Source: Patescibacteria group bacterium (lineage in GTDB: Bacteria; Patescibacteriota; Minisyncoccia; Phycocordibacterales; PALSA-1337). Taken from it: 64,000 nucleotides of DNA. The position numbers and the translations under genes are program-made. Under the pieces are notes generated by a model. That model was not told where the DNA came from, did not search any database, and saw only the letters and a program-made list of their open reading frames with translations. The stretch is taken from positions 7,894-71,893 of the forward strand of contig JBBTRA010000001.1 of NCBI GenBank assembly GCA_038065415.1, in the 5' to 3' direction. This document shows, piece after piece, positions 38,776-48,367 of this stretch (positions within the stretch are counted from its first letter, which is position 1; each line of letters opens with the position of its first letter).

Positions 38776-39360
38776 ATGTACTCTTCAGCTGAACCCCACA
38801 AAAAAGGACACCCTATGCTCGGAGAAATTCAAAGCATCCTACATGTCACCGATACCGGATTGGTCGGCAGAGTCGACTATGCCCTGCTCAGCTACGAGCG
38901 GTTGCACTACCTCGCCTATGCCTGCGTGCCCGTCAAACCACAGGTCGAGGCTGTTCGTGCTCGTAACCGCGAAGACCTCATAATCATGGCACTCGAACGG
39001 GCTGAAGGTTGCCAGCTCCGTCAACGGATCCTTCTTGAAGTACGAACATGTCTGGCATACCCCGATGAGATCCTTCCTGGAGATGCACACCTCATCGAGG
39101 CGCACATCGAATGGTTCCCTGCCTGGGGAAAATCCCCCGCCTACGGCAGGACCTACCGGCACAGCAAACCAGGCCGATCGCAAGTACTTTCGGACCTATT
39201 CGCGGCGCATATCGCAGGAGACCTGGAAACAGTCCTGGCTCGCCCGCTCAGAAATGCACCGCCGGGAGGTCACATCGAAGTTCCTCAGCGACAACACGTG
39301 TACAGCCTGAACAGAGCATCTGGATTGTCTCGCGCACCCACGTTGCTCCTTCATGCGTGA
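38776..39360 (+). CDS. Hypothetical protein (high-GC orphan)
   Basis: 194-aa ORF, with its own terminator at 39377-39402. No family recognised. Confidence 0.4.
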   Translation: MYSSAEPHKKGHPMLGEIQSILHVTDTGLVGRVDYALLSYERLHYLAYACVPVKPQVEAVRARNREDLIIMALERAEGCQLRQRILLEVRTCLAYPDEILPGDAHLIEAHIEWFPAWGKSPAYGRTYRHSKPGRSQVLSDLFAAHIAGDLETVLARPLRNAPPGGHIEVPQRQHVYSLNRASGLSRAPTLLLHA

Positions 39361-39376
39361 ATGACACCATCGCCCA

Positions 39377-39402
39377 CCGCCTCTATTTTGAGGCGGTTTT
39401 TT
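39377..39402 (+). terminator. Intrinsic terminator
   Basis: CCGCCT-CTATTTTG-AGGCGG hairpin followed by TTTTTT. Confidence 0.7.
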
Positions 39403-39463
39403 CATGCTCGATTCTAGAGCTCTACATGGGGCTCTTTATGAATATGCGGACACAAAAATATGC

Positions 39464-39493
39464 TTGACAAATGCATATATAGTATGCTATAAT
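39464..39493 (+). promoter_or_regulatory. Consensus sigma70-type promoter: TTGACA, 18-bp spacer, TATAAT
   Basis: TTGACA at 39464-39469 and TATAAT at 39488-39493. An AGGAGG RBS is followed by the ATG at 39602. Confidence 0.6.
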
Positions 39494-39601
39494 ATACACA
39501 GAAGGATTAGAGTGATTCTGTGGGGCTTGTGCCCCATGGAGTTAGATCATTCGAGATCTTTTACAACCTTACCATCGGGATAACATCCCAAGGAGGTTCA
39601 G

Positions 39602-40270
39602 ATGACAGCTACGAATTCACCGGCAACCACAACCACTGCCTCAATCAAGCCATTTGGCGATCAGGCTCGAATCGGACACGCAACAAACTGCCACACGGTC
39701 CTCGCGAAGTTCTACTTCACGAATCCCAAGCATATCCCCCCGGGAATCCCCGAGGTGACTCGCGCGGAGAGCACCGCGATCGATGCGGCTCATATCCGCT
39801 TCGCATACGAAATCAAGCAGGGGCAGTTGGCCCAGCCTGGACGGGTGCGCGAAGGTCGCGTGGACACTGGGGTGCAGTTCATCAACAATCTGCACAATGT
39901 TCACGGAGGTTGCTTGGTGCGCGGGCTCTGCAACGCCAACATCGGCTACTTCGTCACTCACTGCCATTGGTTTCGCTTGAAGAGCGACACTCCGCAGAAA
40001 TCTGACAAGTACGTGGTAGTCCTATGCTTCAGCACCGACTCGGAGAAGAAACTCGAGACGGGCCGAGCAACTCTCGAAGCTCGGCGCGCGCTCGCTTCGA
40101 CCTGCTGGCAATGGCTTCACGCCTATACAAACCCCAACGGGGTCATCACGCTGAACTTCGGGGGACGCATGCCCGATGGTAAGCCCAAAAACACGGTGGT
40201 CGTGCGCAATGGATGCCTTACGGCAGCGCAGATCATCGAACCTGTCACGGAGGAACAGGAAGAGGGTTAA
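39602..40270 (+). CDS. Hypothetical protein (high-GC orphan, Cys/His-rich)
   Basis: 222-aa ORF with a strong RBS (AGGAGGTTCAGATG) and its own promoter and terminator. No family recognised. Confidence 0.5.
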   Translation: MTATNSPATTTTASIKPFGDQARIGHATNCHTVLAKFYFTNPKHIPPGIPEVTRAESTAIDAAHIRFAYEIKQGQLAQPGRVREGRVDTGVQFINNLHNVHGGCLVRGLCNANIGYFVTHCHWFRLKSDTPQKSDKYVVVLCFSTDSEKKLETGRATLEARRALASTCWQWLHAYTNPNGVITLNFGGRMPDGKPKNTVVVRNGCLTAAQIIEPVTEEQEEG

Positions 40271-40293
40271 TCCCTTATCCCTCCAATCACCGA

Positions 40294-40329
40294 ACCGGCA
40301 ACGCATCACGCGCTGCCGGTTCATTTTTT
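40294..40329 (+). terminator. Intrinsic terminator
   Basis: ACCGGCA...TGCCGGT hairpin followed by TCATTTTTT. Confidence 0.65.
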
Positions 40330-40348
40330 ATATTTTATTGTATCGCTC

Positions 40349-41782
40349 CTACATGTTTTCGAACTGACCAAAACCGGAATCTTTCCTCGAAGTATTAACT
40401 TCTGCAAAATACTCTATCGTGCGCGAGATAGGATCTTTGCTGAGCAGTGACGGCGTATCCACGACTCCCTCAGCGATGCCCTCGGGAGGACGCCCTGAAA
40501 CCATATTGAATAGATGAGAGAGGAATGTCGTAGCATACTCCCCCTTATTGAGACTAAAACGGAAACTGACACCTTCCGGAGAGAATGCTACAGAATCAAT
40601 AGCCGCCTTCTCCAGCGCACGCACCCGTCGCTCTTGAAGGATGATGGTGCGGAACGGCCTCAAATGCTGGAATTGCGGAGGATAGTATTTTATGGAGGTG
40701 AGCAAGCGGGCATAGAAATCAACATCTTCTTTCTTGGTACTCAGCAGGAGGGGCAATTCTGGCGGGACCGGCTCCCCTATCTGTATATATGTCGATATGC
40801 TCTCGTTGAAAAGGAGTGAAGAAAAAGCATACACCCACAAGGTTGCCTGTTCCTGAACCGCGAGCAATGCCCCGAGATAATCCTCAGGCTTGCTGATGAG
40901 GTGATCAACGATTTTGTTCTCATTGGCCATGATCAGCGGAAACGGCTCGATCAGTGCTTTGACCGCTGTCCAATCAGGAACAACAGCTGCAATATTTATG
41001 CGGAGGCGATTGAAATACGGTACCTCCCGCTCGCTCGCAACCGTCAGATATTTGATGATGGTTTCCTTGTATCTGCCGCGTGCTATATCAAATCCGAGCT
41101 CATGCGACATGAACCGAGGCACGCCAAATCTTTGGAGATAGTAGAAATTGTAAAATCCAGTCTCTGCCACGCGGCGCTCCTGCGCCATGAATGCTTCCTG
41201 ATCGACCATACCCTGAGTGCGAATGAAGAGGGTGAATCGGTTGCCTTTGAGACCACCTTTGCTGACACCACCCTTGCCATAGCGCATATCCTTGAGGAAG
41301 TAGTGCGGCGATGAAATAGTCGCGAGCTTGCTACTATCTACTCCGTGAAAGGAAATCGCTTGTGAAGTGATGGCATTCTTATCTTTGAGGCCCGCGTAAT
41401 GAATGTCTTGAGGAGAACACCCGATACGCTTGGCCATATCTTCAATAGCGTCAAATGTCGAGATGTTGCACTTGACCAGTGTCGCAAAAATAATCCTCTG
41501 CTTCTCAGCACCAGGCACCTGAACAGGCACCGCTTCAGGAGTTACTGGAGCATCAATCGTAGATACCGTGCCATCAGGACCAACCTCTTCCACGATGAAG
41601 TCACTCGGGTAAAGCTTGAGATATCCCTGCGGACATGATTCTTTGCCGGGAATGACGATGCCAAAATCACGGAGAAACGCGGCATCTTCGATACGCGATG
41701 ACTCGGCAAAAAGCTCGGGATTCGTTTTGAATGTTTCGTAGAGCTTGAGCTGCTCCTTCCTTTTGATCTCCATCCTGTCCAT
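40349..41782 (-). CDS. truD: tRNA pseudouridine(13) synthase TruD family
   Basis: 477 aa. The YAGLKDKNAITSQ motif is the TruD catalytic GxKD motif. Confidence 0.7.
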   Translation of the reverse strand: MDRMEIKRKEQLKLYETFKTNPELFAESSRIEDAAFLRDFGIVIPGKESCPQGYLKLYPSDFIVEEVGPDGTVSTIDAPVTPEAVPVQVPGAEKQRIIFATLVKCNISTFDAIEDMAKRIGCSPQDIHYAGLKDKNAITSQAISFHGVDSSKLATISSPHYFLKDMRYGKGGVSKGGLKGNRFTLFIRTQGMVDQEAFMAQERRVAETGFYNFYYLQRFGVPRFMSHELGFDIARGRYKETIIKYLTVASEREVPYFNRLRINIAAVVPDWTAVKALIEPFPLIMANENKIVDHLISKPEDYLGALLAVQEQATLWVYAFSSLLFNESISTYIQIGEPVPPELPLLLSTKKEDVDFYARLLTSIKYYPPQFQHLRPFRTIILQERRVRALEKAAIDSVAFSPEGVSFRFSLNKGEYATTFLSHLFNMVSGRPPEGIAEGVVDTPSLLSKDPISRTIEYFAEVNTSRKDSGFGQFENM

Positions 41783-41809
41783 ATGCGTTCAATTGTAGCA
41801 GAGTAGCTA

Positions 41810-42367
41810 TCAAATTGCCGCCCCCTTCTTTTCCTTCTGCTCAAACATGAGGATATCGTAGCCCGAACGCATACGATCCTCTTTTTTGATACCGAGAGAC
41901 TCGAAGAACCTGAACATTTCTTCTTGCATGCTTTCCGAATCCCCTTCCTCAGCAAGACGCTCCATCTCAATGAATGAACCTAGATCAGTCACCTCATCGA
42001 TACAGATCTCACATCCATTGTGATGTGTGATGATACGGGTTTTTGCAACGCTAATCGCTTTTTGATAACCCATGAGAAAAAGGGCTTGTTCGAGAGGCTC
42101 CTTGGCACTGATTTCCACTTCGTGCTCGATGGCGTCAAGATCGTTTGCCATACGCTTCTTCAGGGTGAAGAGGATCTTCTTACCATCCTTGATCCTGATA
42201 CGCAGGAATACACTATTCGTACGAAACTTCTCCAGTGAACCGACATGTTCAGCATAGACGACATCTTCCTGGGTGACAGATTTCTCGAAAACACAGTCGA
42301 AGGCACGCAATTTTTCCATAACCTGCTCCTTGTCTCTGAGACGCGCCTTGATCTCTACTTCTTTCAT
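41810..42367 (-). CDS. CYTH-domain protein (class IV adenylate cyclase / triphosphatase-like)
   Basis: Starts MKEVEIKARL, which is the CYTH EXEXK signature. 185 aa. Confidence 0.7.
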   Translation of the reverse strand: MKEVEIKARLRDKEQVMEKLRAFDCVFEKSVTQEDVVYAEHVGSLEKFRTNSVFLRIRIKDGKKILFTLKKRMANDLDAIEHEVEISAKEPLEQALFLMGYQKAISVAKTRIITHHNGCEICIDEVTDLGSFIEMERLAEEGDSESMQEEMFRFFESLGIKKEDRMRSGYDILMFEQKEKKGAAI

Positions 42368-42373
42368 GGGATC

Positions 42374-42736
42374 TTATTTCTTGTGATGGATCAGGATATT
42401 GTTCTGATCAGGATCCTTGATGACAGCCATCTTGCATGTTGGATAATCCTGCGGTTCGAGCTTGAAGACAACACCTGCAGTCTTGAGCTTTGCGATAGTA
42501 GCGTCAAAATCTATAGTCTCGAGGGCAATGACCGCACCATCCTGTGACGGCTTCCAGTCAGGCGAACAGCCGATCGCCAACGACCCTGATCCGATGTTGT
42601 ATTCGATCCACATAGAGTCGGGCTTATCACCCGGAAATTCCTCGTTTGGTTTGAGACCGAGTATTCCCTCATAGAAGGCGCGCGCCTTCTTGATATCAGT
42701 GACCGCGTATATGGTGAATGCGATGTCTTTGAACAT
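42374..42736 (-). CDS. VOC-family (glyoxalase / bleomycin resistance) protein
   Basis: 120 aa with a VOC-like beta-alpha-beta-beta-beta module pattern. Confidence 0.6.
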   Translation of the reverse strand: MFKDIAFTIYAVTDIKKARAFYEGILGLKPNEEFPGDKPDSMWIEYNIGSGSLAIGCSPDWKPSQDGAVIALETIDFDATIAKLKTAGVVFKLEPQDYPTCKMAVIKDPDQNNILIHHKK

Positions 42737-42768
42737 GGTTGTGCAGAATTATTTGTATAACCTATCTA

Positions 42769-43515
42769 CTATTTGCCTTTATTCGTAAATCCCTCGAAGG
42801 CCTTGAGCACTTCTATCGGTGTCGCAAAGATGATGGTGTTGGACTGATCCGAGCTCACATCATTGATCGACTGGAGCGTACGTAAATGGAGTGCTCCAGG
42901 AACGGCAGAAAGTATGCGTGCAGCACCAGCCAAATTTTCTGCGGCGGCAAGCTCTCCTTCAGAGGTGATGATGACTGCTCTCTTCTCACGCTCTGCCTCT
43001 GCCTGACGAGCTATGACTCGCTCCATATCGGCTGGTAACTTCACATCCTTGAGCTCGACATTGCTGACCTTGAGTCCCCATGCATCAGTCTCTCGATCGA
43101 CGATGTCCCTGATACGATCAGCTATCTTGTCCCTGTTGGCGAGAAGCTCGTCGAGGGTTGCTTCACCTACGATGTTCCTCATGGTCGTCTGGGCGTACTG
43201 AGATATAGCATAGCGGAAATCCTCCACCTCGAGGATGACCTTATCAGCAGCTGATACCTTGTAGTAAATGACGGCATTCACATTGACGGAGACGTTGTCA
43301 CGAGTGATGGCATTCTGATCTGGCACATCGACCGCTTTGACACGAAGATCGACTTTCTTCATTTGCTGGAATACAGGAATGACGAGTCTCCAACCGGCTT
43401 TCTTGATGCCTGTATAGCGGCCCATGGTGAGCATAACTCCGTTCTCATACTGGTTGACCTGGCGCAAGCTGACCAAAAGTATGACGGCGATGATTATGAC
43501 AATGGATGTGATCAT
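42769..43515 (-). CDS. SPFH/Band-7 (stomatin-like) protein
   Basis: It has an N-terminal TM segment, an SPFH core (VDLRVKAVDVPDQNAITRDNVSVNVNAVIYYKV) and a coiled-coil tail. Confidence 0.85.
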   Translation of the reverse strand: MITSIVIIIAVILLVSLRQVNQYENGVMLTMGRYTGIKKAGWRLVIPVFQQMKKVDLRVKAVDVPDQNAITRDNVSVNVNAVIYYKVSAADKVILEVEDFRYAISQYAQTTMRNIVGEATLDELLANRDKIADRIRDIVDRETDAWGLKVSNVELKDVKLPADMERVIARQAEAEREKRAVIITSEGELAAAENLAGAARILSAVPGALHLRTLQSINDVSSDQSNTIIFATPIEVLKAFEGFTNKGK

Positions 43516-43575
43516 GTGGATATATTATCGCTGATAAATATCAAAACGCTTCTCTATATATTCCGCAGTATAGTA

Positions 43576-43600
43576 CAAAAAAGCCGCATCGGGAAGCGGC
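43576..43600 (-). terminator. Intrinsic terminator after rnr
   Basis: Minus strand: GCCGC...GCGGC hairpin followed by TTTTTTG. Confidence 0.6.
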
Positions 43601-43606
43601 TCTAGT

Positions 43607-45652
43607 CTACGCTGCTAGACCGAAGTCCAACATCTTCTTCTCGATATCAGCAGCAAGCACTTTGAACTTCACCGCATCTCCAAGCGTATAGCGCTTGCCC
43701 GTCTTCTGTCCCACGATCGAGTAGGTCTTCTCATCGAATACATAGAAATCATTACCGAGGTTACGCATACCAATCATGCCTTCGGAGCGAGTCTCCTTCT
43801 CTTCGACATACATGCCCCACTTGGTCACACCTGAGATAGTGCCTTCGAATACCTGGCCGACGCGAGTACTCATGTATTCAACCTGCTTGAGCTTCTTGGA
43901 AGAACGCTCCGCGTCTGCAGCGTCAATCTCACGAGCTGTCGAAGTCTCGGCAATCTTCTGGAAAACAGCGATATCAGTATCGCCAAAAGGCTCATGCTTG
44001 AGATGCTTCTCGAGAATGCGATGAACCAAGAGGTCCGGATAGCGACGAATCGGTGAAGTGAAGTGTGTATAAAAATCGAATGCCAATCCGAAGTGACCAA
44101 TGTTTTTGGTAGAGTAAACTGCCTTCTGCATGGAACGGATGACAGCGATACTGATAAGTGGCTGCTGCGGCGTACCTTCGATGGCTTCGAGGAGCTGGTT
44201 GATATCGTGTGCATTGACTACTCCGTCCTTGTGCTTGAGATCGAACCCGAGTGCACGCACAAAGATAGCTAGATCCTTGATACGCTCACGATCAGGCGTG
44301 TCGTGGATGCGATAGATAGCACCCGTATCGCGCTTCCCCTTCTTGATGATCTGATCATAGACATACTTGGCAACCTCACGGTTGGCGAGAAGCATGTACT
44401 CCTCAACGAGCTTGTGTGTATCGAGACGCGGCTTGACGTAGACGCCGATCGGCTTGCCCGCTGGGTCGAGTCGAAACTTGACCTCATCCTGTTCGAACTC
44501 GATAGCTCCCTTGGAAAACTTTTCCTTCTGAAAGATCTTGGCCAAACGATTGAGCGTAAGCATCGCATCACGATACTTCATGCCAGCCTCAGCTGACGCT
44601 GCGGTTTGGAGCCCGCTCGAGTATTTGTCCATATTGGCCACATCTCCATCAATAGCAGCCTGGGCCGTCTCATAGGTGAAGCGGTGCGTCGAATTCATGA
44701 TGGTCTTGCCGAACCAACGATCTTTGATCTGCGCTTTGTCATCGACAACGAAGACAGCCGAGAAACTGAGTTTGTCTTCTTGCGGATTCAAGCTACACAC
44801 ATCATTGGAAAGCACTTCAGGGAGCATGGGGATGGTGCGATCGACGAGGTATATAGAACACCCACGTTTGACTGCTTCTGCATCGAGCGCAGTTCCTGGG
44901 CGAACATAATGAGATACATCTGCGATGTGAACGCCGATCTCATAAAGCGGTCCCTTCGCCTCAAATTTCGCCGCTTCTTCGTCGGTCAACAGCTTGAATG
45001 AAATTGCGTCATCGAAGTCCTTGGCATCAAATGGATCGATAGTGAATGTTGGCGTCGTACGCATGTCGCGGCGCTTGGCGATCTCTTCAGCAGTGATCGC
45101 CTTACCAGATCTCCCCATCTCCTCAGCCTCCTTTTCAACAGCTGCAGGAAATCCGACCTCGAAACCTTTTTCAAGTACGATAGATTCCATCTCCACATCA
45201 TTCACACCCTTCTTACCGAGAATGCGAACTATCTTTCCCTGAGGATTCTTCTTTGGATCAGTCCATGGCAAGAGCTCCACCTGGACCTTGTCATCTTTAT
45301 TCGCCTTCTTGGCTTCATCAGCAGAGAGTTCGATCTTCACATACATTTTACGATCATCGGGAACGACAACCATCTTGCCCATATCCTCGCCGAGGATGCC
45401 AACAAATCGATCACGAGCACGTGAAATAACACGCACCACTTCTCCCGTGCGTTCAGTCTTACCCTGCTTTACCTGCGTTCCCGTGACACGCACCTCCACG
45501 CTGTCCTTATTGAGTGCAGTATTGAGGAGACCTGGCTCTATGTATATCGATTGATCTTCGTGGGCAGGATCGTCAAGAAAACCAGCCCCTTTAGCTATGG
45601 TGCTGATCTGTCCTACGATGAGGTTGCCTGCCTTATTAGGCTGAGAATCCAT
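43607..45652 (-). CDS. rnr: Ribonuclease R (RNB-family 3'-5' exoribonuclease)
   Basis: The likely start is MDSQPNKAG at 45652. The protein has cold-shock/OB domains, an RNB catalytic domain and a C-terminal S1 domain (FEGTISGVTKWGMYVE). Confidence 0.9.
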   Translation of the reverse strand: MDSQPNKAGNLIVGQISTIAKGAGFLDDPAHEDQSIYIEPGLLNTALNKDSVEVRVTGTQVKQGKTERTGEVVRVISRARDRFVGILGEDMGKMVVVPDDRKMYVKIELSADEAKKANKDDKVQVELLPWTDPKKNPQGKIVRILGKKGVNDVEMESIVLEKGFEVGFPAAVEKEAEEMGRSGKAITAEEIAKRRDMRTTPTFTIDPFDAKDFDDAISFKLLTDEEAAKFEAKGPLYEIGVHIADVSHYVRPGTALDAEAVKRGCSIYLVDRTIPMLPEVLSNDVCSLNPQEDKLSFSAVFVVDDKAQIKDRWFGKTIMNSTHRFTYETAQAAIDGDVANMDKYSSGLQTAASAEAGMKYRDAMLTLNRLAKIFQKEKFSKGAIEFEQDEVKFRLDPAGKPIGVYVKPRLDTHKLVEEYMLLANREVAKYVYDQIIKKGKRDTGAIYRIHDTPDRERIKDLAIFVRALGFDLKHKDGVVNAHDINQLLEAIEGTPQQPLISIAVIRSMQKAVYSTKNIGHFGLAFDFYTHFTSPIRRYPDLLVHRILEKHLKHEPFGDTDIAVFQKIAETSTAREIDAADAERSSKKLKQVEYMSTRVGQVFEGTISGVTKWGMYVEEKETRSEGMIGMRNLGNDFYVFDEKTYSIVGQKTGKRYTLGDAVKFKVLAADIEKKMLDFGLAA

Positions 45653-45701
45653 GAGAGGGATACTATAGCATTTTATGCGTAAAAAAGCCCCGTTTCCGCG
45701 T

Positions 45702-46667
45702 TTATCTGAACAATGCCGTCCCACTGTCATACTTGAGCCCGAGGATGAGTTCCCCCTTGCTCGTGAAGTGGTACGTCGCCGTATTGGTGAGAATCTGGGC
45801 AAATTCTGCTTCCTGGGACCCTTCACAGTACATTTTTGTCGAAATCATCTTGTCGAATGTAATGGCGCCGTCTTTCGCCATATATTCTCCTCCTATACTG
45901 TTACAGTCGGTCGACGCGGAAAACCTGGTACCCGTAAATGTGAGTACAAATCTTCCTGGAGACTTGGGCACAACCTCTCTCTCATCATTGTACGAGGCAC
46001 TGATCCAAGACCAGCTCTTCATGTCGAGCTTCATCTGTGCAGGATTTGCCTCCCCTTCGAAATCTGTGACAACCTCACCAAACTGCATAGATACCGGATC
46101 GAGGATGAGCCTCAAACTCTTACCGACCGATGGTTTGACGGCAAAGCTCTCTCCTGGGGCGCGGTCGGCATAGGTGACGATGAAAGATTTTCCTGGGCCG
46201 CTCTGGATATTTTGCGGAGCGATGCGGTCTCCGAGAATCATTCCCTGTGATCCTTCGTACCCGCCTTCTTTGTTGAGAGCGGCAACCACATAGTAGAACG
46301 TGGCGCTACCACCCTGTTCCTGGGTCACAAGGAAAGCTATATCATCTCTCCCATCCCCATCGAGATCTTTGATGAGCTCATTGCCAAAATAGCGCGTAGT
46401 GATCTTTGATGCTGATCCAGGCATGATAGTGAGCTCCGAAACACCTGCCTTGAGGGTGATAAGCTGACCCTCGATCACATAGGTTGCACCAAGAGGGCTT
46501 GTAGCAGGAGCCTGGTCACCCTGCTTCTCAGTGTAGATATAGTCATTGAACTTCACGAAACCCCAATACCCCGCAAGCAAGACAAGAAGGATGAGAAGGA
46601 CGATACCCCTACCGATAAAAAACCTGCGGTGCCCCGAGAGTGGTGATGTATTCATATCCTTTATCAT
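45702..46667 (-). CDS. Secreted protein with a C-terminal META/HslJ-like domain
   Basis: It has an N-terminal signal/TM segment, a Gly/Asp-rich middle region and a META-like C-terminus (WSWISASY...CNSIGGEY...MISTKMYCEG). Confidence 0.5.
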   Translation of the reverse strand: MIKDMNTSPLSGHRRFFIGRGIVLLILLVLLAGYWGFVKFNDYIYTEKQGDQAPATSPLGATYVIEGQLITLKAGVSELTIMPGSASKITTRYFGNELIKDLDGDGRDDIAFLVTQEQGGSATFYYVVAALNKEGGYEGSQGMILGDRIAPQNIQSGPGKSFIVTYADRAPGESFAVKPSVGKSLRLILDPVSMQFGEVVTDFEGEANPAQMKLDMKSWSWISASYNDEREVVPKSPGRFVLTFTGTRFSASTDCNSIGGEYMAKDGAITFDKMISTKMYCEGSQEAEFAQILTNTATYHFTSKGELILGLKYDSGTALFR

Positions 46668-46719
46668 AAAGCATGTAGAGACGGTTGCCAATGCGTCGCG
46701 GTGCGCTATACTTACCCGC

Positions 46720-47640
46720 ATGAAACTTCCAACCCCAGCACAGCGCCCGCTCTATATTGGCTTCGGCATCGTCGCGCTTCTATTCATTGCAACTATCACA
46801 TACTCACACATACGGACAAACACACTATCCAAAAGAATCGAAGCCTTGTCTATGGATACTGCAACTCTCGCTTCCAGTCTTGCCTCAACTACCGAAGTGC
46901 TCCGTGCAAGTATCGATCAGACTCACACCAGCCTGACGAGCGCACTGTCAGAAGAACAGGCCAAGGTCAACAGGATCAGGCGAGAGCTCGGCGGGTTCGA
47001 AGACCAAGTAGGCGATCTTTCTGGAACCCTGAATACCCTCCAGAAACTATCTCAGACGGACCCTGAACTCCTCGTCAAATATTCCAAAGTCTATTTCTTG
47101 AGTGAGAACTATGTCCCTATCCGCCTTTCCGAAATTCCGAACAAATACCAATACAGCAATACAAAACAGCTCCTCATTCACGCCGACGTCCTCCCACATC
47201 TCACCACCATGATCGAGGCGGCCTCATCTACAGGTGTGAAGCTCTATGCGTATTCGGCCTATCGTTCTTTTGCTGAACAAAAAGCCCTCAAAGGAAACTA
47301 CACGGTTGCATATGGAGCAGGCACAGCCAATTCATTCTCTGCTGATCAAGGGTACTCGGAGCATCAACTTGGCACCACACTCGATATCATAACTCCAGGT
47401 ATCGGCGGTGTATTGGAAAGTTTTGACAAGACCGCAGCATATCAGTGGATGCTCAAGAATGCCTACAAATACGGGTTTGTGCTCTCATACCCACAGAACA
47501 ATGGATACTATATCTATGAACCGTGGCACTGGCGCTTCGTCGGCGTGAAGCTCGCTACAGATCTGAACAAACAGGGCAAGAATTTTTATGACCTCGATCA
47601 GAGGAAGATCGATGAGTACCTGGTATCGATATTCGACTAG
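46720..47640 (+). CDS. D-alanyl-D-alanine carboxypeptidase, M15B/VanY-like
   Basis: The start is MKLPTPAQRP at 46720, with a TM anchor. The M15 motifs are SAYRSFAEQ, SEHQLGTTLD and EPWHWRFVG. Confidence 0.75.
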   Translation: MKLPTPAQRPLYIGFGIVALLFIATITYSHIRTNTLSKRIEALSMDTATLASSLASTTEVLRASIDQTHTSLTSALSEEQAKVNRIRRELGGFEDQVGDLSGTLNTLQKLSQTDPELLVKYSKVYFLSENYVPIRLSEIPNKYQYSNTKQLLIHADVLPHLTTMIEAASSTGVKLYAYSAYRSFAEQKALKGNYTVAYGAGTANSFSADQGYSEHQLGTTLDIITPGIGGVLESFDKTAAYQWMLKNAYKYGFVLSYPQNNGYYIYEPWHWRFVGVKLATDLNKQGKNFYDLDQRKIDEYLVSIFD

Positions 47641-47652
47641 TGTATCTAGATA

Positions 47653-48366
47653 CTAGAAGTAACGGACTCTCTGCAGATGTCTTTTCTCGTCTTTGATTTC
47701 CGTGCGGGCATGAAGAAAACGGGTGTTATCGAGGAACAAGACCGAACCGCGCGGCAATGACACCGATGTGACACAGGCTGGATTAGCGATCTGCGCATCG
47801 AGCGCATCGAGAGCCTGGATATGCTCAGCTGACAACTCGGATTCGATGATGCACTCTCGTCTATACGCGATGCGATTGCCCTTGAACAAAATCGGGCCCG
47901 TAGAATACTCACGATCCTTCATGAATTCTTTTGGTATTTTGACTTTGACGTCGTGTGCGAGTAAGTCCTTAGTACGCCGATCGAGAAGAGAAAGGATATC
48001 ATCGATATCGATCATCTTACTGATGCCGCCCCCGAACCTATCTGGATGAATCACGTACAGAGCGACATACGGAGGAGGCGGAACTTCAAAAGAACAATCT
48101 GTATGGAATACAAATTCCTCCATCGTCTGTGAGCGAGCCACGGTCTCGGAAGACTCACCAGGCTTTGGTTTGATATCCCATACATATGCATTATTACCAT
48201 TGTGACTATGAGGCTTCCCAACCTTATGGATGAGGGAGAGTACATCGATCTCCTTTTCGAATTGAGCCAAGAAGACCCCATGCTTAGTCATCTCATTTTT
48301 GTACTGTGAGACATCAAAGTCGTTCTGGTCTATATATGTGAAGGTTTTGAGATTATTTTCTTTCAT
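47653..48366 (-). CDS. TauD/TfdA-family Fe(II)/2-oxoglutarate-dependent dioxygenase
   Basis: It has the HxD motif (FHTDCSFE) and a distal His/Arg (FLDNTRFLHAR). The likely start is MKENNLK. Confidence 0.65.
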   Translation of the reverse strand: MKENNLKTFTYIDQNDFDVSQYKNEMTKHGVFLAQFEKEIDVLSLIHKVGKPHSHNGNNAYVWDIKPKPGESSETVARSQTMEEFVFHTDCSFEVPPPPYVALYVIHPDRFGGGISKMIDIDDILSLLDRRTKDLLAHDVKVKIPKEFMKDREYSTGPILFKGNRIAYRRECIIESELSAEHIQALDALDAQIANPACVTSVSLPRGSVLFLDNTRFLHARTEIKDEKRHLQRVRYF

Positions 48367-48367
48367 G

